Assembly (NCBI GenBank): GCA_050250895.1
Contig: JBFWNU010000001.1
Span: 2,022,210-2,086,209 of the forward strand
DNA length: 64,000 nt
Direction of reading: 5' to 3'
From: Vulcanimicrobiota bacterium
GTDB taxonomy: Bacteria > Vulcanimicrobiota > Xenobia > Xenobiales > JADMJV01
Positions 45,239 through 54,912 of this stretch are shown one piece after another. Position 1 is the first letter of the stretch; each line of letters starts with the position of its first letter. A program made the translations under genes and the position numbers. The notes beneath the pieces are model-generated. The model did no database searches. It saw nothing but the letters and a program-made list of their open reading frames with translations, and had not been told where the DNA came from.

Positions 45239-45583
45239 ATGAGGTGTCCCAGGTGTCAGAACCTCACTGACGCGAAGCCTTTGTACTGCAGTTGTGGCTA
45301 CTGCCTCGATCCCGCTCGCCGCCGCCGAATCTGGGCAAATCTGGTGGTGAAACTGACCCTGTGTCTGGTGGTCGGGGGCGCCTATCTGCTGGGGGCGACC
45401 TTCTTCTTTTGGCTGGCTGCCCGCCTGGCCATGGCCGGCTACCCTCTGTTATTGAGCCTACCCGTGATGGTTGTGTTCGGCGGGTTATCTTTGCTGCTTT
45501 TTCGGCGTTTGGTAAAGGGGTGGCTGTCGGCCCGAGAGATCTGGACGAATTCGCTCGAGGAGCTCTCCTGCTCGTGGAACTAG
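45239..45583 (+). CDS. small membrane protein with an N-terminal Cys4 zinc ribbon (MRCPRCQN...CSCGYC) and 2 TM helices
   Basis: ATG at 45239. The ORF track starts at GTG 45194. Confidence 0.4.
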   Translation: MRCPRCQNLTDAKPLYCSCGYCLDPARRRRIWANLVVKLTLCLVVGGAYLLGATFFFWLAARLAMAGYPLLLSLPVMVVFGGLSLLLFRRLVKGWLSAREIWTNSLEELSCSWN

Positions 45584-46683
45584 GCCTCTGGTCTGACGGC
45601 CGCGGGGCAACGCTCTTCGATGGTGCGTAGAGCTCGGGAGCCCAGCCATTGATTGGCCGCGGCCCGGTCCAAACCGGCTCGAACCGTTTGGGCCAATCGC
45701 TCTCTGAGGTGGTGTAAAAGTCGGTCGAAGGCTTCGTCTCGGACCACCTGCATCGAAGTCGCGTCGGTCTTCAGGCCCTCGAGGTCGACGATGGCGGCCG
45801 CTCCCGGATAGCCAAGGTCGGCTCGGTAGCCGTGCAAGAGCACACCATGCCCCACGAACCAGACGATTTGCGGGCCACCAGGAACCTCCGGAGCAGTCAG
45901 CGCCAGCCTGCACAGGCCGGGCTCGGCCTCTCCCCCGCGGCTCACCCATTCCTGGATGAGCTGGCGGCCGCCCTGGTCAAAGGGAGTGCCCTGCGGGTCC
46001 ACCCGAAAACCCCCCGGAGCCTCATACAGTCCGAAGAGGGGGATGGGATGATACGGGGCCCGGCCGGTCGCCAGATTGCGGCCGTCGAGATAGACCGGTA
46101 TAGGACACAGACAGCAGGCGTGGCACAGTTCTCGCGTTTCGTCGGCGGCGTGGCAGCCCCGGGCGAAGACCCGCGCCCAGAAACCGACCTTCGGCTCGGG
46201 GCGGGTCTGCTCTACCAGGACCGCTGAAGGCGAAGAACCCAGCCCGAAGGTCTGGCGCAGCTGGTCGGCTTCCTGGCGGTCTATTCGGCCGTGATGGCTT
46301 TGCTCGTTCCCGAAGGTCAGCCATTCTGAATGCTCGCCCAGAACAGTCCAGCGATAATGTTGATGTTGGCGGGCCATGGTCGCCACGAAGCTCTCGCTGA
46401 GTTCGGTTGTTCGAGTGCTGGCCAGCCGACTGGCGGGCGGCAGTGCCTGGGTGGTGGCAAAGGCCAGGTGGGTGGTGTGGGCCTGGTTTCGAATCTGAAC
46501 CGCCGGTGCCCCCAGCCGCACGGCGGCCTGAACCAGCTTGACCAGCCAATAGAACGGCTGGGCGCGCAGCAGGTCAAGGGTCAGTCGCTGACCTCGCTTG
46601 AGGTCGATGGTGAAGAAGCCTTCTGAGTCGAACTCGCCTTGCTGGCGAAGCTCGGCGAGATGGTGTTCGAGCTGTCCGCTCAT
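45580..46683 (-). CDS. paralog family member P3 (degenerate GHKL-like N-terminus; CPIPVYLDGRN motif)
   Basis: ATG at 46683 (MSGQLEHHLAELRQQGEFDSEGFFTIDLKRGQRLTLDLLRAQPFYWLVKLVQAAVRLGAPAVQIRNQ...). Paralogous to P1 and P2. Its start overlaps the substrate-binding-protein gene stop by 4 nt. Confidence 0.5.
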   Translation of the reverse strand: MSGQLEHHLAELRQQGEFDSEGFFTIDLKRGQRLTLDLLRAQPFYWLVKLVQAAVRLGAPAVQIRNQAHTTHLAFATTQALPPASRLASTRTTELSESFVATMARQHQHYRWTVLGEHSEWLTFGNEQSHHGRIDRQEADQLRQTFGLGSSPSAVLVEQTRPEPKVGFWARVFARGCHAADETRELCHACCLCPIPVYLDGRNLATGRAPYHPIPLFGLYEAPGGFRVDPQGTPFDQGGRQLIQEWVSRGGEAEPGLCRLALTAPEVPGGPQIVWFVGHGVLLHGYRADLGYPGAAAIVDLEGLKTDATSMQVVRDEAFDRLLHHLRERLAQTVRAGLDRAAANQWLGSRALRTIEERCPAAVRPEA

Positions 46684-47924
46684 CGGTAGGCCGCCAGAAT
46701 CTCGTTCCATCGCTCGGCGGCGCGGTCCAGGGCCTCTCGAGAGCTGAGTTTGCCCGCCAAAGCCGCTTCGACATTCTCCTTCAAAGCCCGGTTGAGGTCG
46801 CGCTGCTTGGGTAGGCCCAGCGAGAAGTCACGCGCCCGAGCCAGCTGGTCGATCGAGATACGAATCGCCTCGTCGAGTAGCGGCTCGCCACTGCCGGTCT
46901 GGAAGAACGGATCCTCGGCCGTCGCCCGGGTCGAGGGCAGAATGGGGACCAGCTTGTCGAAGGCCAGCTGGTTGTCGGGATTGGTTAGAAACAACCCGAA
47001 CTCGACCGCCAGTTGGCGATGACGGGCCGAGCGGGGCACCACGAAGTTCATGGTGGCCGCCGGCACTTCACCCGAAGGTGAGGCCGGTAGGGGAGCCACG
47101 CCCGTGTTGGCATAGACTCCGGGGGCGTCGGCCTTGAGTTCGAGTAGCAGTTGGGGCCCGGCCTCGAGAAAGGCGAGCGAACCGGACTTGTAGCGGTCGA
47201 GCGCCCCCCGATAGCCGTCGGTAAGGGATTCGGGGGGAATGACTCCCTCCAGAAACATCTGTCGATACCAGTCCAGGCGCGCCACTCCCTCGGGGCTGTT
47301 GAAGCGGGCCGTCATGTCGGAGTAGTCGACCACCGGCACCTTCCACATGGTCCAGTCGTTGACGATCTTGATGGACGGCATGTAACCGACATACTTGGTG
47401 CGAGCGTGAACCTGGCGCGCATAGGCGGCCAGTTCGTCCCAGTCGGCCGGCGGGTGCTCGGGATCAAGACCCGCTTCTGCCAGGATCCGCTTGTTGTACA
47501 TCACCACCCGGGTGGTCACATACCAGGGAATGGCGTAGACCTGGCCCTCGAATTCGGCCGCCTGCCACAGGCCGGGAAAGTAGAGTTGCTGGGTTTCGGG
47601 TGGGACTGCCTCGGTCATGCTCACCAAAGCCTGGTTTTGGGCCAGCACCAGGGCGAACTCGGTGTTGAGGTTGACCAGGTCGGGGGGCTCGCCGGCGGCG
47701 ATGCCGGCCATCAGCTTCTGCTGGGCCGCCTGCAGCGGCAGGTCGATCCACTCCAGCTTCACCTCGGGGTGACTGGCTTCGAAGGCCTCCATGCGAGAGC
47801 GGATGTAGGGCTCGAACTTCTCCAGACTCATGGTCCAGAATTCCAGGTGGATTTTGTCGTCTCTAGGCGGGCGCTGGCACCCGACCAGGGCCAGCAGCAA
47901 CATGAGCCAGAGAAGCTTCTTCAC
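46680..47924 (-). CDS. sugar ABC transporter substrate-binding lipoprotein
   Basis: Lipoprotein signal MKKLLWLMLLLALVGC. The fold is typical of family-1 solute-binding proteins. Confidence 0.8.
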   Translation of the reverse strand: MKKLLWLMLLLALVGCQRPPRDDKIHLEFWTMSLEKFEPYIRSRMEAFEASHPEVKLEWIDLPLQAAQQKLMAGIAAGEPPDLVNLNTEFALVLAQNQALVSMTEAVPPETQQLYFPGLWQAAEFEGQVYAIPWYVTTRVVMYNKRILAEAGLDPEHPPADWDELAAYARQVHARTKYVGYMPSIKIVNDWTMWKVPVVDYSDMTARFNSPEGVARLDWYRQMFLEGVIPPESLTDGYRGALDRYKSGSLAFLEAGPQLLLELKADAPGVYANTGVAPLPASPSGEVPAATMNFVVPRSARHRQLAVEFGLFLTNPDNQLAFDKLVPILPSTRATAEDPFFQTGSGEPLLDEAIRISIDQLARARDFSLGLPKQRDLNRALKENVEAALAGKLSSREALDRAAERWNEILAAYR

Positions 47925-48955
47925 TTTTCTTGCGGCGTCTGGGCGGGAGTCGGGTCGGTGCTCTGAGCCGGCTCTTCAACCTCGTCGGGCTCGGGAGTCT
48001 CGTCTGTCTCGGGAGCTTTCTCGGGTTCCGGCTTGGGCAGCCGCTCGAGGGCCTTTTCGGCCTCGACGATGTTGGGGTCCGACTTGAGGATCTCTTCATA
48101 GACCAGGCGGGCGTCGCTCTTCTTGTCGAGGGCTTCCAAAGCCCGGGCCTTGAGCAGGGCGGCCTGGACCAACTCTTTGTTCTCTTTGAGAGCCAGATCG
48201 CTCAGCTTCACGGTTTTCTCATAGTCTTTGTCGAGATAGGCCCCCAGGGCGGCGGCGGTAAAACCGATATCGTGGCGCTCGTTGGCCTCTTCCTGGGCTT
48301 CTTTGAGCCGCAGTCTCGCCATGCCGACCTGCTGGCTGTCGGCCAGGGCCCAGGCCAGGTTGACCAGATAGAGAGGGTTCTCTTTCTCGAGATCGTTGGC
48401 TTCACGAAACTCGATCAGGGCTTGCTCGGGTCGGCCGCCCATCAGATGCAGCGTGCCCAGGTTGTTGCGAGCCCGGGCCATCTTGGGGTCACCGATCAGG
48501 GCCTCTTTCCACTCTTTCTCGGCTTTGACCAGATCCTTGCGGGCATAGGCAAGCACCCCCAGGCAGTAGTGGGCCACGGGCGAGCCCCGCGGCACCATCA
48601 TCATCGACTTGAAGTGCTTTTCGGCCTGGTCGAACTGCTCGGTGACCAGATAGAGGTTGCCCAGTTGTTGCCAGGCGGGAAAGAAGTCGGGCTCCCATTC
48701 GATGGTCTGTTTGAAATCTTTTTCGGCTTCAGGATACTGCTCGAGTCCAAAGTGACACAGGCCGCGCAGATAGACAGCGTCGGCGAAGTGCGCGTCTGCC
48801 TTGATGGCCTTCTCGATCTCTTCGAGGCCGCGCTTCCAGTCGCCGCGCTCGGCGAAAGTGCGAGCGAACTTATACTGGTTTCTGGCCGTCACCGACTGAG
48901 CCCAGACCGGGCTGGCCACCAGCATTACCAAGCACAGGAGCGAAAAGGCACGCAT
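47921..48955 (-). CDS. secreted TPR-repeat protein
   Basis: Signal peptide MRAFSLLCLVMLVASPVWAQ, about 8 TPR units and an acidic Pro/Glu-rich tail. ATG at 48955. Confidence 0.7.
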   Translation of the reverse strand: MRAFSLLCLVMLVASPVWAQSVTARNQYKFARTFAERGDWKRGLEEIEKAIKADAHFADAVYLRGLCHFGLEQYPEAEKDFKQTIEWEPDFFPAWQQLGNLYLVTEQFDQAEKHFKSMMMVPRGSPVAHYCLGVLAYARKDLVKAEKEWKEALIGDPKMARARNNLGTLHLMGGRPEQALIEFREANDLEKENPLYLVNLAWALADSQQVGMARLRLKEAQEEANERHDIGFTAAALGAYLDKDYEKTVKLSDLALKENKELVQAALLKARALEALDKKSDARLVYEEILKSDPNIVEAEKALERLPKPEPEKAPETDETPEPDEVEEPAQSTDPTPAQTPQEK

Positions 48956-49034
48956 GACTGCCTGTTTAGGCGTCGGACCGGCCCGGCCCTGCGCCTGGAA
49001 GGCCTCGGACCGGCGCTCGCCAAATCTTTCTCTC

Positions 49035-49448
49035 ATGAGAAAGCTGATGACGGTCTTGTTGCTCACGCTGGTCGCTCAGGCCAGCATGTTCGACCTGCCG
49101 GAGGGCGTCTGGCAAGACGGCCCCCGGGATTTCTGTCGACTCGAAGTCGGCACGCCCGAGAATCGGGCTTTCCGCCTGACCTATGGTGACCTTAAGACCA
49201 CCATCAGTGGCACCTACCAGGTCACGGCAACCAAAGGCGACGCTCACCTCAAGTGGACCGTGGGCGACGTTTCCGTCCAGGGACGGGGGTCGAAGACGGT
49301 CAGCCTGGGCGGCCTCGAGGTGAAGTCGGGTGATACCCTGACCGCCCTGATCACCTGGGGCGACGAGCAGAAAATCACCCTCACCGTCTTCGATCCCGAA
49401 ATCCAACCCGTCTTCACCCGCACCCTCACCCCGGCCAAGCTGCCCTGA
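49035..49448 (+). CDS. small secreted protein (137 aa), function unknown
   Basis: ATG at 49035 with signal peptide MRKLMTVLLLTLVAQA. Confidence 0.45.
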   Translation: MRKLMTVLLLTLVAQASMFDLPEGVWQDGPRDFCRLEVGTPENRAFRLTYGDLKTTISGTYQVTATKGDAHLKWTVGDVSVQGRGSKTVSLGGLEVKSGDTLTALITWGDEQKITLTVFDPEIQPVFTRTLTPAKLP

Positions 49449-49452
49449 AACC

Positions 49453-49731
49453 TCACTCCGGTGGAGTCAGGTTGGGGTTGCCGAAGAACTTGATGCGATA
49501 GTCCCGAAAGGCCTGCCGCTCGGCGAAGTCGCTGGTCGAGAAGTAGGTGACCAGCGACGGCGCAGCCCGGTCGACGGTCGAGGTCTCGAGAGTGATCAGC
49601 TGGCCGCCCTGGTCGAAGTGATAGACCAGGCGATACTCCTCACTGTTTTCATGAACGGCAAAGCTCACGAGCCGGGCATCCTGGCCTTTGAGCCGCCGGC
49701 AGGCCTTGAGAAAGCCCTGATGGTTAAGCAA
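49453..49731 (-). CDS. stand-alone NuoC/30-kDa-subunit-like (Complex1_30kDa) domain fragment
   Basis: ...YRLVYHFDQGGQLITLETSTVDRAAPSLVTYFSTSDFAERQAFRDYRIKFFGNPNLTP resembles the NuoC block fYHL...PS...F..anWyEREvwDlfGI.F.GHPNLRR. Only a TTG start is available, at 49731 or 49791. It overlaps the PHP gene stop. Confidence 0.3.
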   Translation of the reverse strand: MLNHQGFLKACRRLKGQDARLVSFAVHENSEEYRLVYHFDQGGQLITLETSTVDRAAPSLVTYFSTSDFAERQAFRDYRIKFFGNPNLTPPE

Positions 49732-50545
49732 AGCGGCTGCTCCGGGCCCGCATCGACTCGACCACGGCCGGATCGACTTTGACCTGGCCAAGACCCGGAC
49801 GCGATTTGCAGTCGGGGCGGTGGAAATCAGACCCGCCCGTGGTCAGCAGGCCGCGATTGCGGGCCAGGCGTCGATAACGCTTGACCTCGCGCGAGCCGTG
49901 AGATGGATGCCAGACCTCGAGGCCGTCGAACCCCTCGTCGAGCAAGCGAGCCACCAGAGTATTGTCGCGCAGCAAGACCGGGTGGGCCAATACGCAAAGG
50001 CCGCCCGCATGATGGAGCGCCTGGATGGCCTCGGCCGGGCTCAGCGACTGGCGGGCCACGTAGCCCGGCTTGCCAGGACGTAAATATCGTTCGAAAGCCT
50101 CGTCGATGTTCTTGACCCACCCCTTCTCGACCATCGCTTCAGCCAGGTGGGGTCGGCCGATGCTCGACCCCTTGGACCGGTCGGCTACTTCGCCATAACT
50201 CACCTCGAGGCCTAGCTCGGCGAGCCGTTGGAGCATCTCTTGCATCCTGGTCACCCGGGTGGCTCGCATATCCTCGAGCAGCGCTTGCAGGCCGGCATCG
50301 TCGGGATTGAAAAAATAGCCCAGCACATGAACTTCGCGAGCGGCTGCATAGCAGCTGATCTCGATCCCCGGAATCATCTCGATTCCGGTGCCCACCGCGG
50401 CCCGGCAGGCGGGAGCCCAGGCGCCGGTGGTGTCGTGGTCGGTGATGGCCAGATGGGTCAGTCCGATCGAGGCCGCCTGCGCCACCAGTTCTTCGGGACA
50501 GAGGGTCCCGTCGGACGCGGTGGTATGGCAGTGTAGTTCGATCAA
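49724..50545 (-). CDS. PHP-domain phosphoesterase (TrpH/YciV-like)
   Basis: MIELHCHTTASDG...ITDHD...HP are PHP metal-binding motifs. TTG start with GAGGAG 7 nt upstream. Overlaps the upstream gene stop as TTGA. Confidence 0.85.
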   Translation of the reverse strand: MIELHCHTTASDGTLCPEELVAQAASIGLTHLAITDHDTTGAWAPACRAAVGTGIEMIPGIEISCYAAAREVHVLGYFFNPDDAGLQALLEDMRATRVTRMQEMLQRLAELGLEVSYGEVADRSKGSSIGRPHLAEAMVEKGWVKNIDEAFERYLRPGKPGYVARQSLSPAEAIQALHHAGGLCVLAHPVLLRDNTLVARLLDEGFDGLEVWHPSHGSREVKRYRRLARNRGLLTTGGSDFHRPDCKSRPGLGQVKVDPAVVESMRARSSRFA

Positions 50546-51099
50546 TAGCGCTCCTCAGAGGAGTAGATCAACACCCGCATGTCGTCTCGAAAGCCTGTCA
50601 GCGACGACTCTCCCGGAGGGTGGGCCCGCAGTCTCTCGAGACTTCGATGCAAGACCTCTTCCTGGAAGCCGGCTTCGTCATCGGGCATCTCTTCGTTAAG
50701 GGCCAGCGCCCGCTCGAAGGCCTCGCGCACCAGGGTAACCACCATCGTCAGTTCTTCCAGCGACAGGGTTTCGATATCGCGTTGAATCTGGATGCTATCG
50801 ACCTCGACATCATCCTCAGGGTCGCCGCTGACAAACTCGCCCCGGCGGGCTTCGCTGCGACTGACACTGTAGTGGCGCGCGTCCATCCGCTGGAGGTCGA
50901 AGAAGACCTCCCATGATAGGATGAGCTGCTCGCGAAACACCTCGAACTGGTGCTCCAAAAGTTGTTCTTGCAGATAGAAGTCGAGCAAAAGGACCGCGCC
51001 GCCCTCGGCCAGGCAGGCGGACCCGAGTTCAGGAAAGCGAACGAGCAGAGAGGTCAGGAAGGTAACGCCCTCGGGAGATTCAGAGCCGGGACTGGTCAT
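50542..51099 (-). CDS. acidic hypothetical protein (185 aa)
   Basis: ATG start. Co-directional with the PHP gene and translationally coupled to it. Confidence 0.45.
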   Translation of the reverse strand: MTSPGSESPEGVTFLTSLLVRFPELGSACLAEGGAVLLLDFYLQEQLLEHQFEVFREQLILSWEVFFDLQRMDARHYSVSRSEARRGEFVSGDPEDDVEVDSIQIQRDIETLSLEELTMVVTLVREAFERALALNEEMPDDEAGFQEEVLHRSLERLRAHPPGESSLTGFRDDMRVLIYSSEERY

Positions 51100-51131
51100 A
51101 GAGGCATCCTAACACCCCGGCAGGGCGGAGT

Positions 51132-52724
51132 CTACTTGGCGTACTCAAAGGCCCGCGTTTCACGAATCACGGTGACTTTGATCTGGCCTGGGTACTGCAG
51201 CTCTTCTTCGATCTGGCGAGCGATCGAGCGGGCCAGGCGCGGGGCCGAGGCGTCGTCGACCACCTCGGGCTTGACGATGATGCGCACTTCGCGTCCTGCC
51301 TGGACGGCGTAGGTGTGCTCGACCCCCTCGAACGAATTGGCCACCACTTCGAGCCGCTCCAGTCGTTTGACATAGGTTTCGACGTTCTCGCGGCGGGCTC
51401 CGGGGCGGGCTGCCGAGATGGCGTCGGCGGCCTGGATCAGCATCGCCTCGACGGTGCGCTGCTCGACATCTTCGTGGTGGGCTTCTACGGCGTGGACCAC
51501 ACCCGGGGCCTCCCCGTATTTCTGGCACAGACGAGCGCCCACGATCGCGTGGGGCCCCTCGATTTCGGCCGTGACGGCCTTACCGATGTCGTGCAGCAGG
51601 CCGGCCCGGCGGGCCACCTCAGAGTCGGCTCCCAATTCCGCGGCCATTTGCCCGGCCAGAAACGACACTTCCAGCGAGTGAAAGAGGACGTTCTGGCCGT
51701 AGCTGGTGCGAAATCGCAGTCGTCCCAGCAGCTTGACCAGTTCAGGATGCACGCCGGTGAGGCCGGCTTCGAGCAGGGCCGCTTCGCCCTCTTCCACGAT
51801 GCGGTCGTCGATCTCCTTGCGCGACTTCTCTACCATCTCTTCGATACGAGCCGGATGAATGCGGCCATCGGCCACCAGCTTTTCCAGGGCCAGGCGGGCC
51901 ACTTCTCGGCGGATGGGGTCAAAGCAGGACAGGATCACCGCCTCAGGAGTGTCGTCAATGATGAGATCGACCCCGGTCATGCTCTCGAGCATGCGGATGT
52001 TGCGGCCCTCGCGTCCGATAATGCGCCCTTTCATCTCGTCAGTGGGCAGGTTGACCACGGAAACGGTCGACTCGACCACCTGATCGGCGGCCCACTTCTG
52101 AATCGAGGTGGTGATGATGCGACGAGCCTTGCGGTCGGCTTCGTCGCGAGCGGCTTCTTCAGCCTGGCGCACGCTGCGGGCCAGGGCCAACTCGTTTTCT
52201 TTTTCGACTCGCGAGAACAACTCTTGACGAGCTTGCTCGGAACTCATGCGGGCCGCCTCTTCGAGGCGGGCATCGACGGCCGCCCGGTCAGCTTCGGCCT
52301 GTTCTCGCAACTGGCGCAATTCGTCTTCGCGTTCGCCCAGGCGTTCTTCCCGTCGATCAAGCTGCTCTTGTTTGCGCTCGATGAACTCTTCGCGAGCGGC
52401 CAAGCGTTTCTCCAACTCGCGTAGCTCCTGGCGCCGCTCGTTATTTTCCTTCTCGGCCTCGGCACGCAAATCTTGGGCCTGGCGCTGGGCTTCAAGCAAG
52501 TGCTTGTCGCGCAGACCTTCGGCCTCGATCTTGGCCTTCTCCAGCAGATCCTGGGCGCCCTGACCCGAGGCCTCTTGAGCCTGACGCTCGACGCCTCGGC
52601 CCAACATGAAGCCAAGGGCGAGCACGATTGCGCCCACAATGCCGAGTACCACGTCGATGGCTGAAGACCTCCCTCGTTTGCTAAGAACGCCAAGAAAGCG
52701 TCGCTGGAGGTGGTCGCCACGCAA
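51132..52724 (-). CDS. rny: ribonuclease Y (N-terminal TM, coiled coil, KH domain, HD domain)
   Basis: Nearly the whole KH-HD core matches Bacillus RNase Y: ...[95 protein letters not shown]...[24 protein letters not shown]...LLHDIGKA...[18 protein letters not shown]. The start is uncertain, either TTG 52724 or GTG 52652. Confidence 0.9.
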   Translation of the reverse strand: MRGDHLQRRFLGVLSKRGRSSAIDVVLGIVGAIVLALGFMLGRGVERQAQEASGQGAQDLLEKAKIEAEGLRDKHLLEAQRQAQDLRAEAEKENNERRQELRELEKRLAAREEFIERKQEQLDRREERLGEREDELRQLREQAEADRAAVDARLEEAARMSSEQARQELFSRVEKENELALARSVRQAEEAARDEADRKARRIITTSIQKWAADQVVESTVSVVNLPTDEMKGRIIGREGRNIRMLESMTGVDLIIDDTPEAVILSCFDPIRREVARLALEKLVADGRIHPARIEEMVEKSRKEIDDRIVEEGEAALLEAGLTGVHPELVKLLGRLRFRTSYGQNVLFHSLEVSFLAGQMAAELGADSEVARRAGLLHDIGKAVTAEIEGPHAIVGARLCQKYGEAPGVVHAVEAHHEDVEQRTVEAMLIQAADAISAARPGARRENVETYVKRLERLEVVANSFEGVEHTYAVQAGREVRIIVKPEVVDDASAPRLARSIARQIEEELQYPGQIKVTVIRETRAFEYAK

Positions 52725-52802
52725 AGAGATGAGCCAGGCCCATCAGTGAAGATAGAATCTATAACCCAAGTCCCCCGCCGAGGGGGTCGTTAAATATCGA
52801 AA

Positions 52803-52818
52803 CCCCGACTGCTCGGGG
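52803..52818 (-). terminator. candidate intrinsic terminator hairpin (CCCCGA-gcag-TCGGGG followed by TTTCGATATTT) downstream of the CxxCxxCC-protein gene
   Basis: GC-rich inverted repeat followed by a moderately T-rich tract on the minus strand. A second hairpin, CCCCC-tcggc-GGGGG, lies at 52771-52787. Confidence 0.35.
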
Positions 52819-52839
52819 ACCAAATCCAGCGATCCGATT

Positions 52840-54006
52840 CTAATGACTGACCCCCCCAGTGTCAACCTCTTCCGGACTAAACAGCGAAAGCTGCTCGAGC
52901 ACGCTGTTTCCAGTCATCAGCAAAAGGGCGTCGAGGTTACGTCCGTGGGTAACGATCTCGCGCTCGACCAGATCGAGGGCCATCTCCATGTCGACCTTCT
53001 CGGGAGCGGCTGCACCTCGCACGAGCGAGTGAAGCCCTGCATAGAAGCAGAGCCAGTCTGGCAAGAGATAGAGCAACACCAGGTTGTGAAAGACGGGACG
53101 ACCTTTGCCCAGCTGTTTGCAGAACAACAAGCCGCGAAAGTAGCGCTCGACCATTTCGCCGAGTTCCACCTTATTGGCCGCTTCGAAGACCTCCGAGGCA
53201 GAGCCAGAGAAGCCCCATTCTTCAAAGGTAAATTCCTGGCCCGCCATGAGGCGCTCGGTGATTTCCTGAGCTTTGTGATTCTCGGTGGCGCTCAAGAAAG
53301 CCACCACCGCAAAGGCGCTAAAAAAGAGCGTCGACTGGATCACCTCGGCCTGACTGACCCGATCGCGATGGGCCTGGTGACGCTGCAGGTCTTCGGGCGT
53401 GACCAGCTTTCCAGCGAAAATCAGGTCCGCCACCAGCGTCATGCCCCTGGCGATGGCCTGCTTCCAGCCCAGCTTTTCGTGGTCGGCGCTCAAGCTGGCT
53501 TCGAGAGCCTTGAAGGCCTCCCAATCGATCGACACGTTGGAGCCGAGCGCCAGCGGTTCGAACCCCATGCCGGTGAACTTGATACCCTTGAGAATCTCTT
53601 CGATCTCGCCCTGGTGCGCACTCAGGGGTCGGCCGTTGTTGAGTTTGGCCGAGGTGCAATAGTGACTGATGCCGATGAAGTAACCGTCGGGGGTGGGCGT
53701 GATCGAGTAGGGGAAGATTCGGCAGATGAGGGGCTTGGCCTCGATCCCGAGCTGGGCGTGGATTTCGCACAGGTTGTCCTGGTTGAGGAAGACGCATTTG
53801 TGGTCGATCTTGGTCACGATGTTGCGGCCCTCGGGCGAGACCGTGAACGGCTCGACCCCGTGCTCCTCGATCACCCGAAGGGCTAGAAAAGACTCTTTAA
53901 CCACCCGCTGGCTGTAGGGGTCGACCCCCACTTCCAGGCGGTCGAGGCAGCCTTTGGCACACTGAACACAATCGTAGTGTTGGCCTGGGGCAAAATGAAA
54001 TTCCAA
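52840..54006 (-). CDS. YkgJ/FliB-family putative Fe/Zn-chelating protein (CxxCxxCC domain) with a C-terminal extension
   Basis: YDCVQCAKGCLD...CVFLNQDNLCEIH...ICRIFPY are present. TTG start at 54006 with AGGAGT 6 nt upstream. Confidence 0.65.
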   Translation of the reverse strand: MEFHFAPGQHYDCVQCAKGCLDRLEVGVDPYSQRVVKESFLALRVIEEHGVEPFTVSPEGRNIVTKIDHKCVFLNQDNLCEIHAQLGIEAKPLICRIFPYSITPTPDGYFIGISHYCTSAKLNNGRPLSAHQGEIEEILKGIKFTGMGFEPLALGSNVSIDWEAFKALEASLSADHEKLGWKQAIARGMTLVADLIFAGKLVTPEDLQRHQAHRDRVSQAEVIQSTLFFSAFAVVAFLSATENHKAQEITERLMAGQEFTFEEWGFSGSASEVFEAANKVELGEMVERYFRGLLFCKQLGKGRPVFHNLVLLYLLPDWLCFYAGLHSLVRGAAAPEKVDMEMALDLVEREIVTHGRNLDALLLMTGNSVLEQLSLFSPEEVDTGGVSH

Positions 54007-54060
54007 TGGTTACTCCTATCGGGGCCAGGGGGCAGGCCCGCCGGGCCAGAATGCTGCCGC

Positions 54061-54912
54061 ATGGATCGGCGGTTGATCTGGCTCACTCTCATAACCGGCC
54101 TTGGGTTGGCCGGGTTCCTTTACGTCAATCGTCCTGGTCATCACACTTCTCAGCACCAGGGGCCGCCACCTGCGGGGGCGCCGGTGTGGACGGTCAAAGT
54201 GGTCAAGACCTACCCCCACGACACCAGCGCCTTCACCCAGGGCCTGCTGTTCCACGACGGCTTCCTCTATGAGAGCACGGGCCGGCACGGGCGCTCGCAA
54301 CTGCGCAAACTAGACCTCGAATCGGGAAGAGTGCTGCAGCGGCGCAAGCTGAGCGAAGACTATTTCGCCGAAGGCCTGGCCCTGTTCAACGATCGCTTCT
54401 ATCAACTCACCTGGGAAGACGGTGTCGCCTTTGTCTATGACCTGGACTTCGAGCCTCAGAAAGAGCTGCTCTATACCACCCAGGGCTGGGGATTGACGCC
54501 GGTGGGCGACTATCTGGTGCTCAGTGACGGCAGCTCGAATCTATCCTTTTACGAGCCCGAGAAGTTCTTTCGCATCAAAACGCTGCCGGTGGCCTGTCAG
54601 GGCCAGGCGATCGCCGCCCTCAACGAATTAGAGACGGTCGAGGGCGAGATCTGGGCCAACGTTTGGATGCAGAGCTACCTGGCCCGCATCGATCCCGAAA
54701 CAGGCCAGGTGGTAGGCTGGATCGACTGTCGAGGTTTGTTGAGCGAGCGCGAGGCTCAGCGCTCAGACGTGCTCAATGGCATCGCCTATGATCCGGCCAC
54801 CAAACGGATCTTTTTGACCGGCAAGCTCTGGCCCCACCTTTTCGAGGTCGAGCTGGTCGGTCCTAAGCCTTCTGATAGTCCCGAAACCGATAGCCCAACC
54901 CCCGCTCATTGA
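54061..54912 (+). CDS. glutaminyl-peptide cyclotransferase (plant/bacterial beta-propeller type) with an N-terminal signal anchor
   Basis: VKVVKTYPHDTSAFTQGLLFHDGFLYESTGRHGRSQLRKLDLESGRVL matches the glutamine-cyclase family signature. ATG at 54061. The ORF-track start at 53977 overlaps the divergent gene. Confidence 0.8.
   Translation: MDRRLIWLTLITGLGLAGFLYVNRPGHHTSQHQGPPPAGAPVWTVKVVKTYPHDTSAFTQGLLFHDGFLYESTGRHGRSQLRKLDLESGRVLQRRKLSEDYFAEGLALFNDRFYQLTWEDGVAFVYDLDFEPQKELLYTTQGWGLTPVGDYLVLSDGSSNLSFYEPEKFFRIKTLPVACQGQAIAALNELETVEGEIWANVWMQSYLARIDPETGQVVGWIDCRGLLSEREAQRSDVLNGIAYDPATKRIFLTGKLWPHLFEVELVGPKPSDSPETDSPTPAH

Noticed and set aside
47930-49189. 419-aa plus-strand ORF
   Set aside because: It is antisense to the TPR gene 47921..48955. 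Its Gly/Leu/Val-rich composition mirrors the TPR gene's codons.
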